64,000 nucleotides of DNA from Eubacteriales bacterium (GTDB lineage Bacteria > Bacillota > Clostridia > Oscillospirales > CAG-272): assembly GCA_045124505.1 (NCBI GenBank), contig JBGVLZ010000039.1:23110-87109 (forward strand). Direction: 5' to 3'. Below, piece after piece: positions 16,685-25,514 of the stretch. Both the position numbers and the translations under genes were made by a program. The notes beneath the pieces are model-generated. The model saw only the letters and a program-made list of their open reading frames with translations, was not told where the DNA came from and searched no databases. Every line of letters begins with the position of its first letter. The stretch's first letter is position 1.

Positions 16685-18944
16685 AATTTATACTGTCATA
16701 CATTTGTCCTATTCGGGAAACGACCTCATCTTCACGCAGGCGGTCTTCAGCGTAGGCATCACGCAGAAGCTCGTGCGGTATATATTCGTCATATTTTTCA
16801 AATATCGGTATTTCTGATGGGGACACAAGCTCTTTTTTGTCAAAGCCGTCACACGTCAAGGCACAAAGCTTATTTATCAGTTCCCTTTCGCTGTTTCCCT
16901 CATATTTGAACGTGAGATAACAGCATCCGTCATATTCAATATTCGATATTTGCAGATATTTCGCATTTTTCGCCATCAGCTTGCGAAGCGTGCGGAAGCT
17001 TCTTGTGCCGAGCCACGGGAACATACAGTACGTAAGCCCTCCAAGCGGTATAACATATCTTTCACAGATACGTGCATTTTGCGCAACACGCCGTGCAATA
17101 TCAAGGCGGCGCCGTGCATTCGGCTTAAGATACGGATAAACTTTATCTTCACACAGCACCTGCTTCATTCTTTCAAGTATGCGTGTGTGTATTTCTCCGC
17201 TTTCACCTGGCCACGTGACCTCCATTTTGCCCTTTACTCCCTTGACGTAGATAAGCTTTCTCGGTATATCAAGCTCCGTTACCTCCCAGACTCTGCCTGC
17301 AAGCGCAAAGCGGTCGCCGACAGGGGGCGGTGTTGTTATAGTGCCTATTTCATCGGATTCACATCTGACAGAGAAGTTTTCGCTGTCCTTAAACACAGCA
17401 TAGAACTTAAAGCTGTTGACAATTCTCTCCCCTGCAAGACCTATCAAAAGCGTTTTTTCATCCGTCATCTGCAAGTAGTCGCATTTCAGCATACTGACAA
17501 GCAGTGCTTTGTATTCCTCTTTTGTCACCCTTTCAAATGCGGGGAGCGACAAAACACGCTCCGCAAGGGCTTTCGCAGTAAGCTCACCCGAAGCAAACAG
17601 TATTGACAGCGTTTGCTGGAACAAAAGCGAAAACGGCAGTCTTTTTTCACTCGGCGGTTCAATAAATCTTTCCTCTATATAAAGCTGAATTATGGCTATC
17701 GCCCTTATAAGCTCCCACGGTATAAGCTGAGGCATAGGCGTTTCGGGCAGGGGATTTTCTTCCCTGAACACCATAAACATTTCAGGCGGTGAGCCTCGTC
17801 TTCCGCTTCTGCCGAGCCTTTGCAAAAAGCTTGAAACAGTATTCGGTGAGCCGTTCTGCATTATTCTTTCAAGCCTGCCTATGTCAACACCAAGCTCAAG
17901 AGTAACGGTTGCGCACGTCACTGCATTGTATTCATCATTCTTCATTTTGAATTCAGCTTCCTCACGCAAAGAAGCCGAGAGATTTCCATGATGTATCAAA
18001 AATATATCGGGCTCGTGCCTGTTATCCGCAATCTGGCGGAGCGTTGCCGTTATATACTCAGTTTCTTCTCTTGAATTTGAAAAAACAAGGCTTTTTTTAT
18101 CCTTTACACAGTCATAAATATATTCATATCCCGCATCAATTCTTGCACGTGCAGGTATCGGATTTTCTTTCTTTTCATCGGTAAACTGCGTTACATCCTT
18201 GTTTGCAAACGCATCCGTTCCCGATTGGTCAAACTTTTCATTTTGTATATAAAAATGCTCAAGTGCGAGCCGCCAGGATGTTTTTCCTTCATTGAGTATC
18301 GGTGCTTCGCATATTCTGTTTGAGCCGCCGTTCAGCCACTTTTTTGCAACATCGACATCACCGATAGTTGCCGACAGTCCCACACGTCTTACATCACGTC
18401 CAATAATTTTTGCAATTCTGTTAAGCTGGCAGATTATCTGATTTCCTCTGTCCGTGCCTGTCAGTATGTGTATTTCATCAATGACGATAAACCGCAGGTC
18501 GCAAAACAGACGGACGATATCATTTGACCTGTTCATCAACATACTTTCAAGCGATTCGGGCGTTATCTGAAGTATCCCCTTAGGATTTTTCAAAAGCTTG
18601 TTTTTGTGCGACGATGACACATCGCCGTGCCAATGAAACACGGGGATATCACACTCTTTGAGTATTTCGTCAAGCCTTAAAAACTGATCGTTTATAAGAC
18701 TTTTCAAGGGTGCTATATAAAGCACTCCCACGCTTTGCGGCGGATCCTCAGTGAGCATTGAGATTATCGGAAAAAATGATGCCTCTGTCTTTCCGGATGC
18801 AGTTGAAGAGGTAAGCAAAAGATTATTATCCGTCTCAAAAAGCACCTGTGCCGATGCCGTCTGTACAGCACGCAGCGACTCCCAGTTGTTTCTGTATATA
18901 TATTCTTGTATAAACGGGGAAAATCTGTAAAATATATCCGACAT
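16683..18944 (-). CDS. Lhr-like SF2 DEAD/DEAH-box helicase
   Basis: Motif I TASGKTEA, motif II VIDEIH, motif III SAT, motif VI QRLGRSGRR, plus a long C-terminal accessory region. Confidence 0.8.
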   Translation of the reverse strand: MSDIFYRFSPFIQEYIYRNNWESLRAVQTASAQVLFETDNNLLLTSSTASGKTEASFFPIISMLTEDPPQSVGVLYIAPLKSLINDQFLRLDEILKECDIPVFHWHGDVSSSHKNKLLKNPKGILQITPESLESMLMNRSNDIVRLFCDLRFIVIDEIHILTGTDRGNQIICQLNRIAKIIGRDVRRVGLSATIGDVDVAKKWLNGGSNRICEAPILNEGKTSWRLALEHFYIQNEKFDQSGTDAFANKDVTQFTDEKKENPIPARARIDAGYEYIYDCVKDKKSLVFSNSREETEYITATLRQIADNRHEPDIFLIHHGNLSASLREEAEFKMKNDEYNAVTCATVTLELGVDIGRLERIMQNGSPNTVSSFLQRLGRSGRRGSPPEMFMVFREENPLPETPMPQLIPWELIRAIAIIQLYIEERFIEPPSEKRLPFSLLFQQTLSILFASGELTAKALAERVLSLPAFERVTKEEYKALLVSMLKCDYLQMTDEKTLLIGLAGERIVNSFKFYAVFKDSENFSVRCESDEIGTITTPPPVGDRFALAGRVWEVTELDIPRKLIYVKGVKGKMEVTWPGESGEIHTRILERMKQVLCEDKVYPYLKPNARRRLDIARRVAQNARICERYVIPLGGLTYCMFPWLGTRSFRTLRKLMAKNAKYLQISNIEYDGCCYLTFKYEGNSERELINKLCALTCDGFDKKELVSPSEIPIFEKYDEYIPHELLRDAYAEDRLREDEVVSRIGQMYDSIN

Positions 18945-19036
18945 ATTTCATTCCTTATCTATCTGCTATATTTTATTTATTTTATCACATTTATTTATTT
19001 TATGCAACTGTTTTCTTTACTTGATTTATAAAACCG

Positions 19037-19597
19037 CTATTCTTCTGTGTATAATTCGTCATAGTACCAGCGAATGGGATTTTCATATATGTATTTTATA
19101 TGTTCTTCGTAGTCATCACGGTTACGTATAATATGGTCGTAAAAACGAGGTTGCCAAATGTTGCAGCCGTATTCTTTGTTGCAAAAGCGCTTAAACGTGG
19201 ATACAAATTGCGAGCAGGCGGCGTTTGCCCTTTTGACATTTGTAGGGACAGGCGTCCTCGACTGTCCGTTATCGGTCACATTATTTTCCGTTACGCAAAG
19301 CAAAAGGTGAATATGGTTAGGCATTATCACGTAATATTCAACCGATAAATGATTATAGAAATTATTAAATTGTTTGATGTATTTTTCTGCAATTTTTCCA
19401 TATTCAGTCAATTCGGTTTTCGGACAGTCGAGGACGCCTGTCCCTACTATCTGCGAGAGAGTACACCTTTTGTTTTGTGTACAAATCGTTATAAAATATG
19501 CGCCAACCGTGCTGTAATCAAAATTTTTGAGTCTTATAGCCTTCCTTTTCGGAAATTCTTTTTCTTTATCCATTTTATCCACTGCATCATATAACAC
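19037..19597 (-). CDS. RayT-like HUH Y1 transposase (IS200-like, REP-associated tyrosine transposase family)
   Basis: GAYFITICT N-terminal motif, HUH motif PNHIHLLL, catalytic Tyr region FYDHIIRNRDDYEEHIKYIYENP. The start may be the internal MDKEKE. Confidence 0.75.
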   Translation of the reverse strand: MLYDAVDKMDKEKEFPKRKAIRLKNFDYSTVGAYFITICTQNKRCTLSQIVGTGVLDCPKTELTEYGKIAEKYIKQFNNFYNHLSVEYYVIMPNHIHLLLCVTENNVTDNGQSRTPVPTNVKRANAACSQFVSTFKRFCNKEYGCNIWQPRFYDHIIRNRDDYEEHIKYIYENPIRWYYDELYTEE

Positions 19598-19660
19598 AAA
19601 TCGGCAGAGTAAACTCTGCCGAAATTGTAAATTCCATTATGACAGCCAATCAAGGCTATT

Positions 19661-20344
19661 TTATCTGTTAAGGATAAGCTTTGTAAGCTCAACAGGTTCA
19701 ACGATCTTGTCGCCCTTATAAACACGCATATTGCCCGATGCAATTTCGTCTATAAGGATAACCTCGCCGTTGTTGTAACCGAATTCAAACTTGATGTCCC
19801 AAAGGTCAAGACCGATCTCTTTGAGGTCGTCTGCAACGATCTTTGTTATTTTAAGTGTCTGTTCCTTCATGCTTTCAAACATTTCGGGAGTCATTACATT
19901 AAGTGCGGCAAGTCCTTCGCCTGTTACAAGCGGATCGCCCTTTTCATCGTTCTTGAATGTACATTCAACATAACCGCCTTCAAGAGGTGTACCGTCCTTG
20001 ATATATTCGCCGTATCTGCGAATGAAGCTTCCTGTTGCAACAAGTCTGCAGATTACTTCAAGACCGTGACCGAACACGGTAGCGGGGAGAACCTCCATTG
20101 TTGCGTTTTCAAGATCCGCACTTACATAGTGTGTCTTGATGCCCGCATTTTTGAGCAGTTCAAAATAACGGATAGACGTTTCAAGATTTGCACGGCCGAT
20201 GCCTTCGATAGTAAGTCCGACTGTATTTTCACCCGGATCGAACACGCCGTCCTTGCCCGTGCAGTCGTCCTTGAACTTCAGCATTACATTGCCGTTTTCA
20301 AGTGAGTAAACATCTTTTGTTTTGCCTTCATAAATCTTTTTCAT
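19661..20344 (-). CDS. purC: phosphoribosylaminoimidazole-succinocarboxamide (SAICAR) synthase
   Basis: [13 protein letters not shown]... N-terminus and length typical of PurC. Confidence 0.9.
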   Translation of the reverse strand: MKKIYEGKTKDVYSLENGNVMLKFKDDCTGKDGVFDPGENTVGLTIEGIGRANLETSIRYFELLKNAGIKTHYVSADLENATMEVLPATVFGHGLEVICRLVATGSFIRRYGEYIKDGTPLEGGYVECTFKNDEKGDPLVTGEGLAALNVMTPEMFESMKEQTLKITKIVADDLKEIGLDLWDIKFEFGYNNGEVILIDEIASGNMRVYKGDKIVEPVELTKLILNR

Positions 20345-20454
20345 AACGCAAGACTCCTTTAAGTAACAAAAATTACATTCAACATATTACCACATTTTTT
20401 GTCTTTTGTATAGTATTTTTTCAAAAAAAATCGCACCAAATGAATTTTTTTCTG

Positions 20455-20483
20455 TTGACAAAACAGAAAAACGTGAGTATAAT
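20455..20483 (+). promoter_or_regulatory. consensus sigma-70 promoter of the HMA-domain gene
   Basis: TTGACA (20455-20460), 17 nt, TATAAT (20478-20483). Confidence 0.7.
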
Positions 20484-20486
20484 TGA

Positions 20487-20502
20487 GTTAGCATATACTA
20501 AC
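20487..20502 (+). promoter_or_regulatory. candidate operator palindrome at the transcription start
   Basis: GTTAGCAT/ATACTAAC, 7 of 8 positions symmetric, immediately after the -10 box. Confidence 0.4.
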
Positions 20503-20524
20503 TACGCTAAGGGAGAAAATAAAC

Positions 20525-20785
20525 ATGGAAAAAATAACACTTAAAATAGAAGGTATGATGTGCCCGATGTGCGAATCACACATGAACGATGCCGTAAGAA
20601 ACAGCTTTGACGTTAAAAAAGTTGTTTCCTCGCACAAGGACAAGCAAACGGTTATACTTACAGAGGTAAAAATAACAGATGAACAGCTTAAAGCCACCGT
20701 TGAAAAGACGGGATATAAGCTTCTCGGAATCAACCGTGCGCCTTATGAGAAAAAATGTATACTTTCCATTTTGAAAAAGAAATGA
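20525..20785 (+). CDS. heavy-metal-associated (HMA) domain metallochaperone-like protein
   Basis: GMMCPMCESH (MxCxxC) motif and the length of a ferredoxin-like fold. Confidence 0.8.
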   Translation: MEKITLKIEGMMCPMCESHMNDAVRNSFDVKKVVSSHKDKQTVILTEVKITDEQLKATVEKTGYKLLGINRAPYEKKCILSILKKK

Positions 20786-20788
20786 AAT

Positions 20789-20820
20789 AAGAGGTCGGCG
20801 CGCTCCGACCTCTTATTTTT
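20789..20820. terminator. bidirectional terminator
   Basis: AAGAGGTCGG-CGCGCT-CCGACCTCTT followed by ATTTTT. Confidence 0.8.
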
Positions 20821-21493
20821 ATAAAATGTAAAAAATTATTCCGAAGAACTGCAGCACGCTTCCCGCAATTACAAACAGGTGAAAAACAGAATGCATATAC
20901 CTTACCTTATTTCCTATGCCGTACAGCACTGCACCGACAGTATAAGCAATACCGCCTATCAGTATGAACATAATGCCTCCGCCGGAAATCGATGCCAATG
21001 CAGGCTTCGCCGCAAATACGATGCACCATCCCATTCCGAGATAGCATATCATAGAAAGCACCGCATATTTATCAAGGTCAATTGCCGTAAACACCGTTGC
21101 AACAGCGGCACATCCCCACACGATTCCGAACAAAGTCCAAGCCCAGCCGGGATGCTCAGGACGTATTCCGCAAAGAAGCACGGGGGTATAAGTTCCCGCA
21201 ATAAGGAAGTTTATCATACAGTGGTCAAGCACCTGCATCACTTTCTTACCCATATTCGGATGAAGTCCGTGATATACACTTGACGTTGTATAAAGCACGA
21301 CCATCGATGCACCGTATATAGAGCCGCTGACCACAGCCCATGCATCGCTGTTTACTGCTGAGTAAACAATGCACAGCACAAGCACGGCAACGCCGAGCGC
21401 CGCACCCACAATGTGGCTGACCGTATTAAATATTTCTTCGCCTTTGGTGTAATCGGGCAGTTGCCTGTCCGACAGTTTTGTTCTTTTCATCAA
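20819..21493 (-). CDS. hemolysin III / PAQR family membrane protein
   Basis: 7-TM 224-aa protein with the HxxxH-type motifs of the family (SSVYHGLH, HSVFHLF). Confidence 0.8.
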   Translation of the reverse strand: MMKRTKLSDRQLPDYTKGEEIFNTVSHIVGAALGVAVLVLCIVYSAVNSDAWAVVSGSIYGASMVVLYTTSSVYHGLHPNMGKKVMQVLDHCMINFLIAGTYTPVLLCGIRPEHPGWAWTLFGIVWGCAAVATVFTAIDLDKYAVLSMICYLGMGWCIVFAAKPALASISGGGIMFILIGGIAYTVGAVLYGIGNKVRYMHSVFHLFVIAGSVLQFFGIIFYIL

Positions 21494-21495
21494 AA

Positions 21496-22323
21496 TTACT
21501 TTTCAAGCATTGATATAAGTTTACCGAGCACAGGCTCAAACTTCGCTCCATACCAATGATTTTCCTCTTCTGCTGTTGCTTTTATACATTCAACAGTATA
21601 ATCTGCCGCTATTTTTGCGCTTTCGTACGCACTGTTTCCTCTTACAAGTGAGCCGACAAAAGCAGATGCGTATATATCGCCTGTTCCGTGGCAGCTGTTG
21701 GGAAGCAGATCATGCTCATAGTAATCATACTTATCGTTTTCATAAACGACAACACCTGTCTTGCCTTCATTGTATCTGACACCTGTGAGGATGATATTTT
21801 TGCATCCTATAGCCGTGAGCTTTTCAATGATAAGATCAATATAAGTTCTGCCATAATCCGTCTTATATTCAACGCCTGTCAAGAAACAAGCTTCTGTTAT
21901 GTTGGGAACAACATAATCAGCCTTCGCACAAAGTGTTATCATTTTTTCAACGAAAGCCTCGTCAAATCCGGGGTAAAGCTTGCCGTTGTCAGCCATTGCA
22001 GGGTCAACGATAAGCGCACCGTTTACAGTTGCATCGTAAATATCGCAGACATACTGTATCTGCTGAGCCGAGCCGAGATAACCTGTGTAAAGTGCATCGA
22101 ATGAAATATTTTCCTTTACCCAATGGTCTTTGATTTTCGGCATATCATCCGTAAGATCATTGAACGTATATCCCGAAAATCCGGCTGTATGTGTTGACAA
22201 AACAGCTGACGGCAAAACACACGTTTCAATACCGCATGCAGAAATAACGGGAAGTGCCACCGTCAGTGAGCACTGACCGAGACAAGAAATATCCTGAATA
22301 GTTAAAACTCTTTTATAAGCCAT
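21496..22323 (-). CDS. pdxK: pyridoxal/pyridoxamine kinase
   Basis: Ribokinase-fold PdxK/PdxY-like sequence ending GTGDIYASAF. Start set to MAYKRV (AGAGGTG SD, 6-7 nt spacing); the track start is a GTG abutting the SD. Confidence 0.75.
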   Translation of the reverse strand: MAYKRVLTIQDISCLGQCSLTVALPVISACGIETCVLPSAVLSTHTAGFSGYTFNDLTDDMPKIKDHWVKENISFDALYTGYLGSAQQIQYVCDIYDATVNGALIVDPAMADNGKLYPGFDEAFVEKMITLCAKADYVVPNITEACFLTGVEYKTDYGRTYIDLIIEKLTAIGCKNIILTGVRYNEGKTGVVVYENDKYDYYEHDLLPNSCHGTGDIYASAFVGSLVRGNSAYESAKIAADYTVECIKATAEEENHWYGAKFEPVLGKLISMLEK

Positions 22324-22414
22324 AATAAACACCTCTACATTTGATTAAGTAAATTATACACGGTTTTGATATGATTTAAATAGTCAAACTGTAGCTTTTT
22401 TTATAACCAGATGC

Positions 22415-23785
22415 TTATTTCTTTTTTGTAGCGGCAACAACGATCGCTGACAGTGCAAAGAGTGCGATGACGTTGGGGATTACCATAAGGTTGTTGAACA
22501 TATCCGCAAGCTCCCAAACGAGATCATTTGAAAGGATCGAGCCGAGGAATATAAACACAATAGCAATTATTGAATATATAAGAACGGGAAGCTTTTTGCC
22601 GAAAAGCGATTCAACATTGAGCTTTCCGAAGAAGTTCCAGCTCAAAATAGTAGAAAAAGCAAAGAAAAGCAAGCAAACAGCAACGAAAATACCGCCGAGG
22701 TTTTCACCGAAAACTGTAGCAAATGCATTCTGCATAAGGTTTGCCTTTGTAAAGCCGTCCTCGCTTCCGTCAGCCAAGGGGCCTCCGTTTGCATAGAGTG
22801 TGGATATAACAACGAGTGCTGTCATTGTAAGAACAACGAATGTATCTATAAACACACCTATCATAGCAACAACACCCTGATCGTGAGGCTTTTCAACATT
22901 TGCCATTGCGTGTGCGTGAGGTGTTGAACCCATACCTGCTTCATTGGAGAAAAGACCTCTCTTTGCGCCCTGGCTTATTGCCGCTTTAAGCGCCGCACCG
23001 ATACCGCCGCCGAGGATAGCCTGCGGAACAAACGCATACTTGAATATCATTCCGAATGCTTCGGGCACATTTTTGATGTTAACACCGAGAACGATAAGAC
23101 CGAGTACGATGTAAAGCACAGCCATTATAGGAACGATCTTTTCAGTAACCGATGCAATACGCTGTATACCGCCGATGAAAATGAATGCGGATACAAGCAC
23201 AAGTGCAATACCGATAGCCCATGTAGGAACGCCGAAAGCGTTGTTGCAGGACTCTGCAATAGAATTTGACTGTACCATTGTACCCATAAAGCCGAGTGCG
23301 AGGATAAGTGTAACGGAGAAGATTCCCGAAAGAACCTTGCCGAATTTACCCTTGAATGCTTCTCTTATGTAGTAAACAGGACCGCCCGAAATACTGCCGT
23401 CAGCATTTTCAACACGTGTCTTCTGTGCCAGAACCGCTTCGGCATATATCGTTGCCATACCGAAGAATGCAATTACCCACATCCAGAATATAGCACCGGG
23501 ACCGCCTACGAGGATAGCACCGCACGCACCGACAATGTTACCTGTACCGACCTGTGCGGCAATAGCTGTGGAAAGAGCCTGGAACGATGAAAGACCGCCC
23601 TTTTGCTTTCCGCCCTTCATAGAGAAGTTACCGAAAACCTTTTTCATACCTTCGCCAAAGCAGCGAACCTGAACAAATCTTGTCTTGATCGTATAGAAAA
23701 GACCTATACTGACAAGTAAAACGATAAGAATGTAGTCAGACATATATGCATTTATAGTCTGAACAACTTTTAAAACTGCGTCCAT
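22415..23785 (-). CDS. alanine/glycine:cation symporter (AGCS family)
   Basis: Multi-TM with FQALSTAIAAQVGTGNIVG, typical of AGCS. Start set to MDAVLKVV (SD AGGAGGG). Confidence 0.85.
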   Translation of the reverse strand: MDAVLKVVQTINAYMSDYILIVLLVSIGLFYTIKTRFVQVRCFGEGMKKVFGNFSMKGGKQKGGLSSFQALSTAIAAQVGTGNIVGACGAILVGGPGAIFWMWVIAFFGMATIYAEAVLAQKTRVENADGSISGGPVYYIREAFKGKFGKVLSGIFSVTLILALGFMGTMVQSNSIAESCNNAFGVPTWAIGIALVLVSAFIFIGGIQRIASVTEKIVPIMAVLYIVLGLIVLGVNIKNVPEAFGMIFKYAFVPQAILGGGIGAALKAAISQGAKRGLFSNEAGMGSTPHAHAMANVEKPHDQGVVAMIGVFIDTFVVLTMTALVVISTLYANGGPLADGSEDGFTKANLMQNAFATVFGENLGGIFVAVCLLFFAFSTILSWNFFGKLNVESLFGKKLPVLIYSIIAIVFIFLGSILSNDLVWELADMFNNLMVIPNVIALFALSAIVVAATKKK

Positions 23786-23801
23786 AAAAACGCCCTCCTG
23801 T

Positions 23802-23835
23802 AAAAAAAATAAAAAAATCCGCTGAAAGATAGCGG
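23802..23835 (-). terminator. glycine-riboswitch expression-platform terminator
   Basis: Minus strand CCGCTATCTTTCAGCGG followed by a long U-run. Confidence 0.65.
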
Positions 23836-23867
23836 AGAACAAAGAAATATACCAGACATATACGATT

Positions 23868-23995
23868 TAATGCCTGCCCTGTCCTTTTGCCTGAGAGATT
23901 CGGCTGTAGCCTTGCACCTTCGGCACCCGCACGGCTTGCGGGATTCTCCAGAGCCTCCTCCGCCTTCGGTTTGCAAAATCCCAAAGGTTTCAACG
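23868..23995 (-). promoter_or_regulatory. glycine riboswitch (one complete aptamer plus a partial upstream aptamer-like segment)
   Basis: Minus strand reads CUCUGGAGAAUCCCGCAAGCCGUGCGGGUGCCGAAGGUGCAAGGCUACAGCCGAAUCUCUCAGGCAAAAGGACAGGG. This matches the conserved GGAGA...CCGAAGG.GCAA...CUCAGGCAAAAGGAC signature. A second ACCGAAGG lies upstream. Confidence 0.8.
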
Positions 23996-24176
23996 GTTGC
24001 AGACGTTATTCTATCACAACAAGATATAAAATTCAATGACAATATTGCACAAATATCGACATCAAAATTTGTATATATTACACACACAATTCAGATTTAT
24101 AATTTATTTAATGAATATACAAATGCTTTGTTCATATTTTTAGGGTATCATAAGCATATATATCTTCGGAGGAATT

Positions 24177-24434
24177 ATGGAAACAAGAGTTGCGCTTATA
24201 AGCATAATAGTTGAAAAATTCGATTCGGCAGAGGAAATAAACTCACTTCTTCACAAATACGGCGAATACATTATCGGCAGAATGGGACTTCCCTACCGTA
24301 AGAAAAATATAAGCATTATAAGCGTTGCAGTTGATGCACCTCAGGATATTATATCAGCACTTGCAGGAAAGATAGGAAAGCTTGACGGGGTAAGCGTCAA
24401 AACGGTTTATTCGGGGGTTCACGATGGTATTTAA
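24177..24434 (+). CDS. TM1266-family small ACT-like regulator of the iron-only hydrogenase system
   Basis: 85-aa protein directly preceding and overlapping hydE. The sequence resembles the TM1266 family (by recollection). Confidence 0.6.
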   Translation: METRVALISIIVEKFDSAEEINSLLHKYGEYIIGRMGLPYRKKNISIISVAVDAPQDIISALAGKIGKLDGVSVKTVYSGVHDGI

Positions 24435-25464
24435 ACTTATTGACAAGCTTGAAAAGGAACATTCGCTCACCATCGAAGAATACGAATATCTCATATCGAA
24501 TTTTTATGACGATACCTATGATTATACACGCAGAAAAGCGGTCGAGGCAAGAAAAAAGGTATATTCAAACAAGGTCTTCATCCGTGGACTTATTGAAATA
24601 TCGAACATCTGCAAAAATGACTGCTATTACTGCGGAATAAGAAAAAGCAACACTCTTTGTTCCCGATACAGACTGACAAAGGATGAAATACTCACCTGCT
24701 GCGATGAGGGTCATTCCCTCGGCTTCCGCACATTTGTCCTGCAGGGCGGTGAGGACGGATATTTCACCGATGACGTGCTTTGCGATATAGTAAAGTCGAT
24801 AAAAGCAAAATATCCCGAATGCGCCGTAACGCTTTCACTCGGTGAGCGTTCTTATGACAGCTTTAAAAGGCTGAAGGAGGCAGGGGCTGATAGGTATCTG
24901 CTCCGACATGAAAGCATCACACGTGAGCATTATGAAATGCTCCACCCCGAAAATATGTCATATGATGAAAGGGTAAGATGTCTGAATGACCTAAAATCAC
25001 TCGGCTTTCAAGTCGGATGCGGATTTATGGTCTCATCTCCGTTTATGACACTGAAGCATATCGCAAACGATTTAAAATTTATTGAAGAATTCAAGCCTCA
25101 TATGTGCGGAATAGGTCCGTTTATACCGCACGTTGACACACCGTTTGGTGACTTTGAGGCAGGAAGCGCAGATTTTACCTGTTATCTTTTGTCAATTATC
25201 AGGCTCATTCACCCGAATATCCTTTTGCCTGCAACAACAGCACTCGGCTCACTTGCCGTCGGCGGACGTGAAAAAGGAATTATGTCCGGCGCAAATGTCA
25301 TTATGCCGAACCTTTCGCCGTCAAGTGTGCGTGAAAAATATATGCTTTACAACGGAAAGGCATTCACAGGAAGCGAAGCAGGCGAAAACCTTGCAAACAT
25401 TATGGCAAGTTTAGCTGAGATAGGCTATGAAACGGTCATTGACCGAGGAGATTACGTAAAATAA
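24424..25464 (+). CDS. hydE: [FeFe]-hydrogenase H-cluster radical-SAM maturase HydE
   Basis: CKNDCYYCG radical-SAM motif, BioB-like length, position in a hydE-hydG-hydF order. Confidence 0.85.
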   Translation: MVFKLIDKLEKEHSLTIEEYEYLISNFYDDTYDYTRRKAVEARKKVYSNKVFIRGLIEISNICKNDCYYCGIRKSNTLCSRYRLTKDEILTCCDEGHSLGFRTFVLQGGEDGYFTDDVLCDIVKSIKAKYPECAVTLSLGERSYDSFKRLKEAGADRYLLRHESITREHYEMLHPENMSYDERVRCLNDLKSLGFQVGCGFMVSSPFMTLKHIANDLKFIEEFKPHMCGIGPFIPHVDTPFGDFEAGSADFTCYLLSIIRLIHPNILLPATTALGSLAVGGREKGIMSGANVIMPNLSPSSVREKYMLYNGKAFTGSEAGENLANIMASLAEIGYETVIDRGDYVK

Positions 25465-25514
25465 TTTTATCTAAAGGGGAAGAAATTCTGACCCTAAAGA
25501 AAGGAAAAAATAAA

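Noticed and set aside
16683-19597. HUH transposase plus adjacent helicase as a Helitron/IS91-like rolling-circle unit
   Set aside because: The helicase is a full-length SF2 Lhr-type enzyme, whereas Helitrons use SF1 Pif1-like helicases. The genes are separated by a 92-nt AT-rich gap, and no terminal structures bracket the pair. Adjacency is probably coincidental.
20345-20454. Purine riboswitch or PurR-type leader upstream of purC (also checked upstream of the purF-like gene at 46276-46345)
   Set aside because: No three-way-junction aptamer signature or conserved purine-riboswitch loops could be traced. The leaders are short and AT-rich.
23736-24214. Track ORFs 23736..23993, 23770..24087 and 23870..24214 in the leader of the symporter gene
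   Set aside because: They overlap the glycine riboswitch and its terminator, have no SD, and their products are low-complexity. The RNA element explains the region.
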